DNA of 64,000 bases, taken from an uncultured Ignavibacteriota bacterium. Lineage in GTDB: Bacteria; Bacteroidota; Ignavibacteria; UBA10030; UBA8401. The notes beneath the pieces are model-generated. The model was not told the DNA's origin, did not search any database, and saw only the letters and a list, made by a program, of their open reading frames with translations. This document shows, piece after piece, positions 51,528 through 59,477 of the stretch. A program made the translations under genes and the position numbers. The stretch is from contig CAISDA010000040.1 in assembly GCA_903884005.1 (NCBI GenBank), forward strand, positions 1,539-65,538, in the 5' to 3' direction. Each line of letters begins with the position of its first letter. Positions within the stretch are counted from its first letter, which is position 1.

Positions 51528-52187
51528 ATGTCTGAAATAGTATTGAAAGCAGAAGTTCGCACGTTAATCGGCTCACACGCCAACAAGGTCCGCTTTGCGG
51601 GCAAGATCCCCGGCGTGTTTTACGCGCACGGCGAAGAAAATATCAGCGTCACGGTTTCGCCGCTCGGGTTGAAACCGCTGATCTACACCTCGGATACGCA
51701 TCTTGTGAACCTTCAATTGGATAACGGCATCAGCAAGACCTGCATCCTGCGCGATGTCCAGTTCGACCCCCTCACCGACAAGCCGATCCATTTCGACTTG
51801 CAGGGCGTCAAAGAGGATGAAGAATTGACGATCGAAGTTCCCGTGGTGCTCGTCGGTTCGCCCAAAGGCGTGAAAGACGGCGGCACGCTGCAGCATGTTA
51901 TTCATAAACTGAAGGTCATGTGCCTGCCGAAGTTCATTCCCGAGAACATCAAGATCGATGTGTCGGAACTTGCCATCAACGACTCGGTTCACGTGCGCGA
52001 TCTGCCGCTGCCGAATGTGACCGTGCTTGAAAATGCGTCGAGCACCGTGGTGGCTGTTGTGCCGCCGACAGTCGTGAAAGAAGCTGAGGGTGCAGTCGCC
52101 GGTGCCGTTGTTGAAGGCGCCGCAACATCTGCCGAACCCGAAGTGATCATTAAAGGCAAAAAGCCTGCTGATGAAGCTAAAGCGTAA
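51528..52187 (+). CDS. rplY: 50S ribosomal protein L25 (Ctc form)
   Basis: GKIPGVFY, DVQFDP....HFD, G..KGVK.GG; prs-rplY-pth synteny. Confidence 0.95.
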   Translation: MSEIVLKAEVRTLIGSHANKVRFAGKIPGVFYAHGEENISVTVSPLGLKPLIYTSDTHLVNLQLDNGISKTCILRDVQFDPLTDKPIHFDLQGVKEDEELTIEVPVVLVGSPKGVKDGGTLQHVIHKLKVMCLPKFIPENIKIDVSELAINDSVHVRDLPLPNVTVLENASSTVVAVVPPTVVKEAEGAVAGAVVEGAATSAEPEVIIKGKKPADEAKA

Positions 52188-52202
52188 TTCGGGCCGGCCG
52201 GA

Positions 52203-52805
52203 GTGAAATGCATCATCGGTTTAGGCAATCCCGGATTCGACTATGCATCGACACGGCACAACATCGGCTTCAGGGTCATTGAAACGCTTGCCGCCGGCGC
52301 AAAGATCGGTCTTCGTGAGGGCAGCGGCGAGTATTTCAGCGCGGTAGTCCCGAGCGACCGAGGCGATATTCTGCTGGCGCTGCCGACAACATACATGAAC
52401 AACAGCGGCGTCGCCGTTCGCGAACTGTGCGAGACATACGGCCTCTCACCCGGCGACCTGCTTGTCGTGTTCGACGATTTTCAGCTTCCCTTCGGAACAT
52501 TGCGGATCCGTCCCAAGGGAAGCGACGGCGGGCACAACGGACTGGGATCGATCATGTACCATATAGAAACAGACATCCTCGCCCGGCTGCGCGTGGGTGT
52601 TGCAGGCGCAACGATCCCCGAAGAGCATACGCATGAATCGATGGCCGCGTATGTGCTGACGGAGTTTGAACCGGAGGAAGAACGCCAGCTGCCGGTGCTG
52701 CTGCAAAAGGCGGCGGACGCTTGTCTCTGTTGGGCGCGCGATGGCGTCCCGGCGGCAATGAATGCGTTCAACAAAAATTTTTTCAGCGACTCAGTCGAGT
52801 CGTGA
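52203..52805 (+). CDS. pth: Peptidyl-tRNA hydrolase
   Basis: GLGNPG..Y..TRHNIGF, PTTYMNNSG, GGHNGL. Confidence 0.96.
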   Translation: MKCIIGLGNPGFDYASTRHNIGFRVIETLAAGAKIGLREGSGEYFSAVVPSDRGDILLALPTTYMNNSGVAVRELCETYGLSPGDLLVVFDDFQLPFGTLRIRPKGSDGGHNGLGSIMYHIETDILARLRVGVAGATIPEEHTHESMAAYVLTEFEPEEERQLPVLLQKAADACLCWARDGVPAAMNAFNKNFFSDSVES

Positions 52806-52831
52806 GTTTTAGCGTTAAAAACTACAGTACA

Positions 52832-52881
52832 ACCCTGCCCCATTGAACTTCGCGACGATGGGGCCTTATGTCCACAGGAGG
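52832..52881 (+). promoter_or_regulatory. S6:S18 ribosomal protein leader RNA
   Basis: CCCT-GCCCCAT..ATGGGGC-CTTATGTCCAC-AGGAGG: inner hairpin plus CCT able to pair with the SD, just before rpsF. Confidence 0.7.
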
Positions 52882-52886
52882 ATAGC

Positions 52887-53354
52887 TTGAAACACGAACC
52901 GCGAATCTACGAAACTGTTTTCATCGTGAACGCCAATCTGGAAGATGTGCAGGTTGAAGTGATCATCGAGAAAACAAAGGATGTCATTCTCAAATACGGC
53001 GGCGAAATTCTTGCCGTTGAAAAATGGGGACGCCGACGTCTTGCGTATGCCATTAAGAAGAAGAACAACGGCTACTACACGCTCATCGAATTCAAAGCCC
53101 CGGGCGATGCCCTGACGCGCTTGAACCGCTTCTTCCAGCTGGAAGAGGAAGTCATGCGCCATCTGGTGCTGCAATTGGACAAGAAAGCGTTGAAAGCCAA
53201 AGAAGTTGCGCTGAAGGCCGCCGCCGATCTGGCAGCGACAGCAGAACCCGTTGCCGCGGCTCCCGTTGCGGCCCCTGCACCTGCACCTGCGCCAGCACCT
53301 GCAGTTGCAACCGCAACCGTTTCCGAAAAACCTATTGAGCAGACAAAGGACTAA
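52887..53354 (+). CDS. rpsF: 30S ribosomal protein S6 with Ala/Pro-rich tail
   Basis: [17 protein letters not shown]...GYY; TTG start after AGGAGG. Confidence 0.96.
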   Translation: MKHEPRIYETVFIVNANLEDVQVEVIIEKTKDVILKYGGEILAVEKWGRRRLAYAIKKKNNGYYTLIEFKAPGDALTRLNRFFQLEEEVMRHLVLQLDKKALKAKEVALKAAADLAATAEPVAAAPVAAPAPAPAPAPAVATATVSEKPIEQTKD

Positions 53355-53358
53355 CACC

Positions 53359-53667
53359 ATGAAATCATTTACATCACGACCCGCAGACGGCGGCGGCAGA
53401 CCCGGAGAAGGCTACATCGAACGCCGCGAAAAGCGCGACTCACAGGCGATCCGGAAAAAACGGACCTGTCGCTTCACCGAAGCCAAAACCATTTACATCG
53501 ACTACAAAGATGAAAAGCTCCTTCGCCGGTATGTGACCGAACAAGGGAAGATCATTCCCAAACGCATCACAGGCACCAGCGCGAAATATCAGCGTCAGCT
53601 TGTGCTTGCCATCAAACGGGCGCGCCATCTTGCGCTGCTTCCGTTCGTGTCCGATACCATTAAATAA
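53359..53667 (+). CDS. rpsR: 30S ribosomal protein S18
   Basis: [32 protein letters not shown]. Confidence 0.97.
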   Translation: MKSFTSRPADGGGRPGEGYIERREKRDSQAIRKKRTCRFTEAKTIYIDYKDEKLLRRYVTEQGKIIPKRITGTSAKYQRQLVLAIKRARHLALLPFVSDTIK

Positions 53668-53690
53668 TATTGAGCCAGGAGATCACAGCA

Positions 53691-54134
53691 ATGAAAGTCA
53701 TATTACGTCAAAATTACGAAGGACTCGGCGTCATCGGCGATGTTGTCACGGTGAAAGACGGATACGCGAGGAACTATCTTGTTCCCCGCAAAATCGCTTA
53801 CCGCGCTACTGCCGGCAGCCTGAAGGCCCTGGAAGAAGAAAAGAAGCAGCATCAACGCAAGGAAGTGAAATCGGTGAAAGAGGCCGAAACGCTGTCGGCA
53901 AAACTCGGCAGTGTCTCCCTCACCATCACGATGAAGGTCGGCGAAGACGAAAAACTCTTCGGCTCGGTCACGTCGCAGATGATCGCCGACGCACTTGCCA
54001 CACAGAACTTCACGGTCGACAAACGCGATATCACTCTCGAGGAGCCGATCAAGGCTCTGGGCATTTTTGAAGTGCCTGTGAAGGTGCACTCGAAAGTCAC
54101 GGCGAAGGTTAAAGTGTGGGTCGTGCGCGAGTGA
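53691..54134 (+). CDS. rplI: 50S ribosomal protein L9
   Basis: MKVIL..., GDVVTVKDGYARNYL.P, KLFGSVT. Confidence 0.97.
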   Translation: MKVILRQNYEGLGVIGDVVTVKDGYARNYLVPRKIAYRATAGSLKALEEEKKQHQRKEVKSVKEAETLSAKLGSVSLTITMKVGEDEKLFGSVTSQMIADALATQNFTVDKRDITLEEPIKALGIFEVPVKVHSKVTAKVKVWVVRE

Positions 54135-54163
54135 GTTCCCTGCATGGCTACGTTTGAATTCTC

Positions 54164-54199
54164 ACCTGACTGTCGGTTTCGACAGTCAGGTTTTTTTTT
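54164..54199 (+). terminator. Intrinsic terminator after rplI
   Basis: ACCTGACTGTCG-GTTT-CGACAGTCAGGT followed by T-run. Confidence 0.9.
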
Positions 54200-54228
54200 C
54201 CCGACAACGAAGAAAGGAAGTACCGGCT

Positions 54229-55623
54229 ATGGCTCACACCAAATTACTCTGGACCGGACGGTTCTCGCAGCCGCTGTCTGAGATCGCGCTTCGCTTCTCC
54301 TCCAGCATCGAATTGGATAAGGAAATGTACCGGGAGGATATTCTCGGCAGCATTGCGCACGTCGAAATGCTCGCCTCGGCAAAAATATTGACCGCGGCCG
54401 AAGCCAGACGCATCCGCACGGCGCTCAACGCGATCGGCACGGAGATAGAGAACGACAAGCTCGCCCTGACCTGGGACAAAGAGGACATTCACACCGCGGT
54501 CGAACAGCGCTTGACGCAAAAGATCGGCGCGCTCGGCGGCAAGCTCCATACCGCGCGCAGCCGCAACGACCAGGTCGCGCTCGACGAACGCCTCTACCTC
54601 CGCGGAGCCATACGCGAATTGCAGAAACTCATCGTGCAGCTGCAGCGCGTGCTGCTCTACAAGGCTGAGAAAAATTTCAGCACGATCATGCCGGGCTACA
54701 CCCATATGCAGCGCGCCCAGCCCGTGCTTCTCTCGCACCACCTGCTCGCCTATGCCGGCATGTTCGAACGCGACTTTGAGCGCCTGAACGACGTCTACAA
54801 GCGCATCAATAAGATGCCGCTCGGTTCTGCAGCGCTGGCTGGCACCTCGTTCGCAATCGACCGCGCTTCGGTGGCGAAAAAATTGGGCTTCGACGGCATC
54901 GTCGAGAACAGCATGGACGCCGTGAGCGACCGCGACTATCTCATCGAATACATCGCCGCATGCAGCATCACTATGATGCATCTCAGCCGCTTTGCGGAGG
55001 AACTCGTGCTCTGGAGCTCGCAGGAATTCGCATTCGCCCGCACCGACGACGCCTACACGACCGGCAGCAGCATCATGCCGCAGAAAAAAAACCCCGACAT
55101 GGCGGAACTCGTCCGCGGCAAAGCGGGACGCGTCTTCGGCGATCTTGTGAATCTTCTCACGACAATGAAGGGCCTGCCGCTTGCCTACAACCGCGACATG
55201 CAGGAAGATAAGGTCCCGATGTTCGGCACCACCGCCACAACGCGCCAGTGCCTGTTCATCTTCTCGCATATTCTCGTGCACACGCAGTTCGACGCGAAAC
55301 GCTTCGAGGAAGAATTGAAGAACGATTTTCTCACCGCCACTGAACTCGCCGACTTCCTCGTGAAAAAAGGCATGGCGTTCCGCGACGCTCATGCGGCAAC
55401 GGGAAAAGTCGTCGCCTTCTGCATCCAGCATCAACGGTCAATGGCCGACCTGACGCTCGACGAGTTGCAGAAATTCTCCGACAAATTCGATGTGTCATCG
55501 CAGGCGCTGCTCGATCCGCGGCACAGCATCGAAAACAAAAAATCCGCCGGCAGCACGTCGTCGCAGGAAGTGAAGAAACAGATCGTCCATTGGATGAGAA
55601 TATTGAAAGCCAGGAAGGTGTAA
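54229..55623 (+). CDS. argH: Argininosuccinate lyase
   Basis: LW.GRF, EDIH, HTARSRNDQV, PGYTH.Q.AQP, GSSIMPQKKNPD. Confidence 0.97.
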   Translation: MAHTKLLWTGRFSQPLSEIALRFSSSIELDKEMYREDILGSIAHVEMLASAKILTAAEARRIRTALNAIGTEIENDKLALTWDKEDIHTAVEQRLTQKIGALGGKLHTARSRNDQVALDERLYLRGAIRELQKLIVQLQRVLLYKAEKNFSTIMPGYTHMQRAQPVLLSHHLLAYAGMFERDFERLNDVYKRINKMPLGSAALAGTSFAIDRASVAKKLGFDGIVENSMDAVSDRDYLIEYIAACSITMMHLSRFAEELVLWSSQEFAFARTDDAYTTGSSIMPQKKNPDMAELVRGKAGRVFGDLVNLLTTMKGLPLAYNRDMQEDKVPMFGTTATTRQCLFIFSHILVHTQFDAKRFEEELKNDFLTATELADFLVKKGMAFRDAHAATGKVVAFCIQHQRSMADLTLDELQKFSDKFDVSSQALLDPRHSIENKKSAGSTSSQEVKKQIVHWMRILKARKV

Positions 55624-55681
55624 ACGTAGCGTGGAGGGCGAGCGTGTCGTCTCGCCCTCTGCAGAGCGGACAGGTCAATCG

Positions 55682-55715
55682 AAAAAAAAAGCTCATCATT
55701 TGATGAGCCTTTTTT
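55682..55715. terminator. Bidirectional terminator
   Basis: A9-GCTCATCA-TT-TGATGAGC-C-T6 between convergent genes. Confidence 0.8.
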
Positions 55716-55718
55716 GTG

Positions 55719-56009
55719 TCATGCCGTTTGTACGGCGTCCTGTTCTGCGTCGTCGCTCTCTTGCCGCAACGGCGTTTTCTTTCGATAAATGATGCCTGCA
55801 GGCACGATAACGCAGTACCCCAGCACCAGCAATATCGGGGCAACCGTCAACGGAACGAACCCGTCCCACGGTCCCATGCTCAACGCTCCGTATCCCAGAA
55901 GGATGACGGCAACACCGGCAAGTAAGATGTAATAATTGACCGGCTCGAGTGCAAGCAGATCCGTTCGTTTCACTTTCCGCGTGACGCGCGGCGCGTTTTG
56001 CTTCGCCAT
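55719..56009 (-). CDS. DUF3098-like small two-TM membrane protein
   Basis: NY.ILL.G..VI..GY..L and LTVAPILLVLGY; AAGGA RBS. Confidence 0.75.
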   Translation of the reverse strand: MAKQNAPRVTRKVKRTDLLALEPVNYYILLAGVAVILLGYGALSMGPWDGFVPLTVAPILLVLGYCVIVPAGIIYRKKTPLRQESDDAEQDAVQTA

Positions 56010-56396
56010 TGTTGAATTCCTTATACCGTGTGATCGGAGCTTCTATACAATAAAAAAGCCTGGTGTTGGGGGGTGCACCAGGCTTGGACCTGTAAGTATG
56101 CAACAATCAGGGGAGGAATTGTTGCATAGGTCTAAACAAATATACAAAGAATAAAACAAATGTCAATACCAAAAATACTGTAAAAATAAAAACTAAAAAT
56201 AAATACCTGATCATCCGATGCACTCGTCCGTCGGCCGAACGACGGGCTCTTACTTTCTGCAGAAAATTGTCTTCCGTCGTGTGTGCTATCGTAATTAATA
56301 GTTATGTCATAGGACTTAATTGAACTTTCTGTGTAGTATATTATAGTATCTCTATCCGACAGCATCATTTATGGCACTCATTTGAAAGGAAATTCA

Positions 56397-59216
56397 ATGA
56401 AATATTTGCAGTATGTTCGTTTTATGGTGGTTGTCGGTTTCCTCTTCTGCAACTCTCCTGCGGCTCAATCTCAAAAAATATATGGACTGAGTGACACGCT
56501 CTCCCCTTCATCTCAAATTCTGATTGGAAAACTTCCCAACGGGTTGACGTATTATATACGGGAGAACAGGAAACCGGAAAAACGCATGGAGCTCCGCCTC
56601 GCCGTCAAAGCCGGGTCCGTTCTGGAAGACGACGACCAGCAGGGGCTTGCGCACTTCGTTGAACACATGCTGTTCAACGGAACAAAAAATTTTCCAAAAT
56701 TCGACATTGTGAATTTCCTGGAGCGGACCGGCGTACGTTTTGGCGCCCACTTGAATGCGAATACGAGTTTCGACGAAACCGTGTACATGCTGCAGGTTCC
56801 TACGGACTCGCCGATGGTCGTTCAAAAATCCATAAACATTCTGCAGGAATGGAGCAGTGCCGTCCTGTTTGAAAATTCAGAGATCGACAAGGAACGCGGC
56901 GTGATCGGCGAAGAATGGCGGCTCGGACGCGGCGCTGCCGAACGCATTAACTACAAACACTATCCGCTCATTTTTTACAAATCCAAATATGCCGACCGCC
57001 TGCCCATCGGCAAAAAAGAAGTGATTGATACCTCTGCGTACGATGCCGTGAAACGGTTTTACCGCGACTGGTACAGGCCCGACTTGATGGCGGTGGTCGC
57101 GGTCGGAGATTTCGATAAAAATGAGATGAAAAAAATGATCGTCGATCGTTTTTCATCATTAAGGAATCCGGAGCATGAACGTCCGCGCGCGGAATTCACC
57201 ATCCCTGACCATAAAGCCCCCCTCGTCTCTGTGGCATCGGATAAAGAACTCCCGGGATCGTCGGTCGCCATTTATTTCAAACGCAATGCGACTCCTCCCG
57301 TGACGGTGCACGACTACAGAAGTCACATTCTTGACGGATTGTTCTCGGGCATGCTCAATGCGCGCCTGCAGGAACGATTGCAAAAGGCTGATCCTCCCTT
57401 CATCACGGGCAGCGTCGGCACTATTCAGTTCGTCGGCGAGAAGGTCGCCTTCGGTATGATCGCAACGGTGAAAGAGACGGACATCGTGCGCGGATTGGGC
57501 GCCCTGGTGACTGAAGCGTTTCGTGTGAAGCAACACGGCTTCACGCAAACGGAACTTGACCGGCAAAAATTGCAGCAGCTGCGCATGGTGGAACAAACAT
57601 TCACCGAGCAGGGGAAAACCGAATCGAAAAACTATGCCAATGAGTATATCCGGCATTATTTGGATGGTGAATCGATCCCGGGTATCGCCGTGGAATTCGC
57701 CTTGTATAAGCAGCTCCTTCCGACCATCACACTGGCGGATATGAAAACGCTCACAGACGAACGCATCGCGGACAGCAACCGTGTCATTACTGTCTCGGTG
57801 CCTGAAAAAAAAGGTGTCGTCGTTCCGACCACGGAAGAGATCATCCGCGTTCTGGATGAGATCGGAACACGGCCGCTGCAGGCATACGTCGATATGGTCA
57901 ATTCAAAACCGCTTGTTGCCGTTCAGCCTGCACCGGGAAAAGTCGTAGCCAAAAAATACATACAGGAATTGGATACGTGGGAATGGAAATTATCGAACGG
58001 TGCAACCGTGGTGTTGAAATCGACCGACTTCAAGAACGATGAGGTCGCTTTTGTCGCCTTCAGTCCCGGCGGCCACTCTCTTGTTTCAAACAAAGATTTT
58101 GTCTCTGCGAGCATGGCCGGACAGCTTGCATCGTTGAGCGGTGTCGGAGAATTCGATGCCATCGCATTGCAAAAAATGCTGGCAGGAAAAATCGTTCGCG
58201 TCAATCCGTTCATTTCGGATCTGGCCGAGGGATTCATCGGCAATTCTTCACCGAAGGATATTGCTACATTGCTGCAGCTCGTGTACCTGAATTTTACCTC
58301 GCCCAGAAGCGATTCATCCGCCATTCGTGCATTTTTATCCCGCGTTAAATCCTCTCTTCAGAACGCGTCGGTATCACCCGAGCAGGCATTCAAGGATACG
58401 GCACAGGTGACGCTTGCGCAATACCATTATCGGGCGCGTCCGCAGACTCCGGCGATGATCGACGAAGTCGATCCCGCCCGAGCATTCGCAATATTTAAAG
58501 ACCGCTTTGCCGATGCACGCGATTTCAAATTCTTTTTCGTTGGTAATTTCACGCCCGACAGCATTCAAGCGCTGGTCGAAACGTACATTGCGTCTCTCCC
58601 GTCCACCAACCGCAAGGAACAATGGAAGGATGTGGGGATGCAGGCGCCGAAAGGCCGCATCGTCAAGGAAGTGATCAAAGGCGTCGAGCCGAAGAGTTCT
58701 GTGCTGCTTGCCTATAGTGGCGCGTTCGAATGGTCGGCTCAAAATCGCTTCGATTTTTCTGCTATGCTCGAAGTGCTGCGCATCAAGCTCCGCGAAGTTC
58801 TGCGCGAAGATAAAAGCGGCGTCTATGGCATCAACATCACCGGTAGCCCCACGTTCATCCCGCGCAAAGAGTACACCATCCGCATCAGTTTCGGCTGCAA
58901 CCCGGACCGGGTCGCGGAATTGGTAGCGACTGTTGCGCAGCAAATTGACAGCCTCAAGCGTACGCCGGTGGATGCGGGCTACATCGATAAGATTCAACAA
59001 CTGCAGCGCCGTGACCGGGAAGTGAACCTGAAGGAGAACAATTACTGGATCGGTCTCTTCAGGTCGAATTATACCTATGGCGAGGATCCGCGCGGCATGC
59101 TGAAGATCCCGGAACGGATCGATAAATTGTCTGCGGCCGCCGTGCAAAAGGCTGCCAAGACCTATTTCGATTCCAACAATGTCGTCACAATAATCTTAAA
59201 ACCTGAAAAAAAATAA
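56397..59216 (+). CDS. M16 family (PqqL-like) zinc protease
   Basis: Signal peptide, GLAHFVEHM inverzincin motif, NANTSFDETVY, ERGVI.EE, LRE...GVY. Confidence 0.95.
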   Translation: MKYLQYVRFMVVVGFLFCNSPAAQSQKIYGLSDTLSPSSQILIGKLPNGLTYYIRENRKPEKRMELRLAVKAGSVLEDDDQQGLAHFVEHMLFNGTKNFPKFDIVNFLERTGVRFGAHLNANTSFDETVYMLQVPTDSPMVVQKSINILQEWSSAVLFENSEIDKERGVIGEEWRLGRGAAERINYKHYPLIFYKSKYADRLPIGKKEVIDTSAYDAVKRFYRDWYRPDLMAVVAVGDFDKNEMKKMIVDRFSSLRNPEHERPRAEFTIPDHKAPLVSVASDKELPGSSVAIYFKRNATPPVTVHDYRSHILDGLFSGMLNARLQERLQKADPPFITGSVGTIQFVGEKVAFGMIATVKETDIVRGLGALVTEAFRVKQHGFTQTELDRQKLQQLRMVEQTFTEQGKTESKNYANEYIRHYLDGESIPGIAVEFALYKQLLPTITLADMKTLTDERIADSNRVITVSVPEKKGVVVPTTEEIIRVLDEIGTRPLQAYVDMVNSKPLVAVQPAPGKVVAKKYIQELDTWEWKLSNGATVVLKSTDFKNDEVAFVAFSPGGHSLVSNKDFVSASMAGQLASLSGVGEFDAIALQKMLAGKIVRVNPFISDLAEGFIGNSSPKDIATLLQLVYLNFTSPRSDSSAIRAFLSRVKSSLQNASVSPEQAFKDTAQVTLAQYHYRARPQTPAMIDEVDPARAFAIFKDRFADARDFKFFFVGNFTPDSIQALVETYIASLPSTNRKEQWKDVGMQAPKGRIVKEVIKGVEPKSSVLLAYSGAFEWSAQNRFDFSAMLEVLRIKLREVLREDKSGVYGINITGSPTFIPRKEYTIRISFGCNPDRVAELVATVAQQIDSLKRTPVDAGYIDKIQQLQRRDREVNLKENNYWIGLFRSNYTYGEDPRGMLKIPERIDKLSAAAVQKAAKTYFDSNNVVTIILKPEKK

Positions 59217-59230
59217 AGTCGGTACGACAT

Positions 59231-59268
59231 AAAAAAAGATGCCCCGATCGAATGGGGCATCTTTTTTT
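59231..59268. terminator. Bidirectional intrinsic terminator
   Basis: A7-GATGCCCC..GGGGCATC-T7. Confidence 0.9.
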
Positions 59269-59445
59269 GTACCTACTCAGTGGACACCAAAATCATTGTC
59301 ATCCTGAGCGAAGCGAAGGATCTAAAACAGTGGTCGATACATGCGACACTAAATTCATGTTCCCCGTTGCCGATGTTTTTTAGATTCTTCGGTCGCTCGA
59401 GCTCCCTCAGAATGACAGGAAGTATGGATTACGCTGAGTAGTTGC
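59269..59445. mobile_element. MITE copy 2 with REP-like palindromic core
   Basis: Ends GTACCTACTCAG / CTGAGTAGTTGC; flanks CTTTTTTT and CTTTTTTA (7/8); core TGTCATCCTGAGCGAAGCGAAGGATCT..AGATTCTTCGGTCGC..CTCCCTCAGAATGACA. Confidence 0.8.
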
Positions 59446-59477
59446 CTTTTTTATCATTGAACCACACGGCGAACGGG

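Noticed and set aside
56040..56390. AT-rich intergenic stretch as foreign DNA or ncRNA
   Set aside because: Consistent with a divergent promoter region; no recognisable structure or mobile-element ends.
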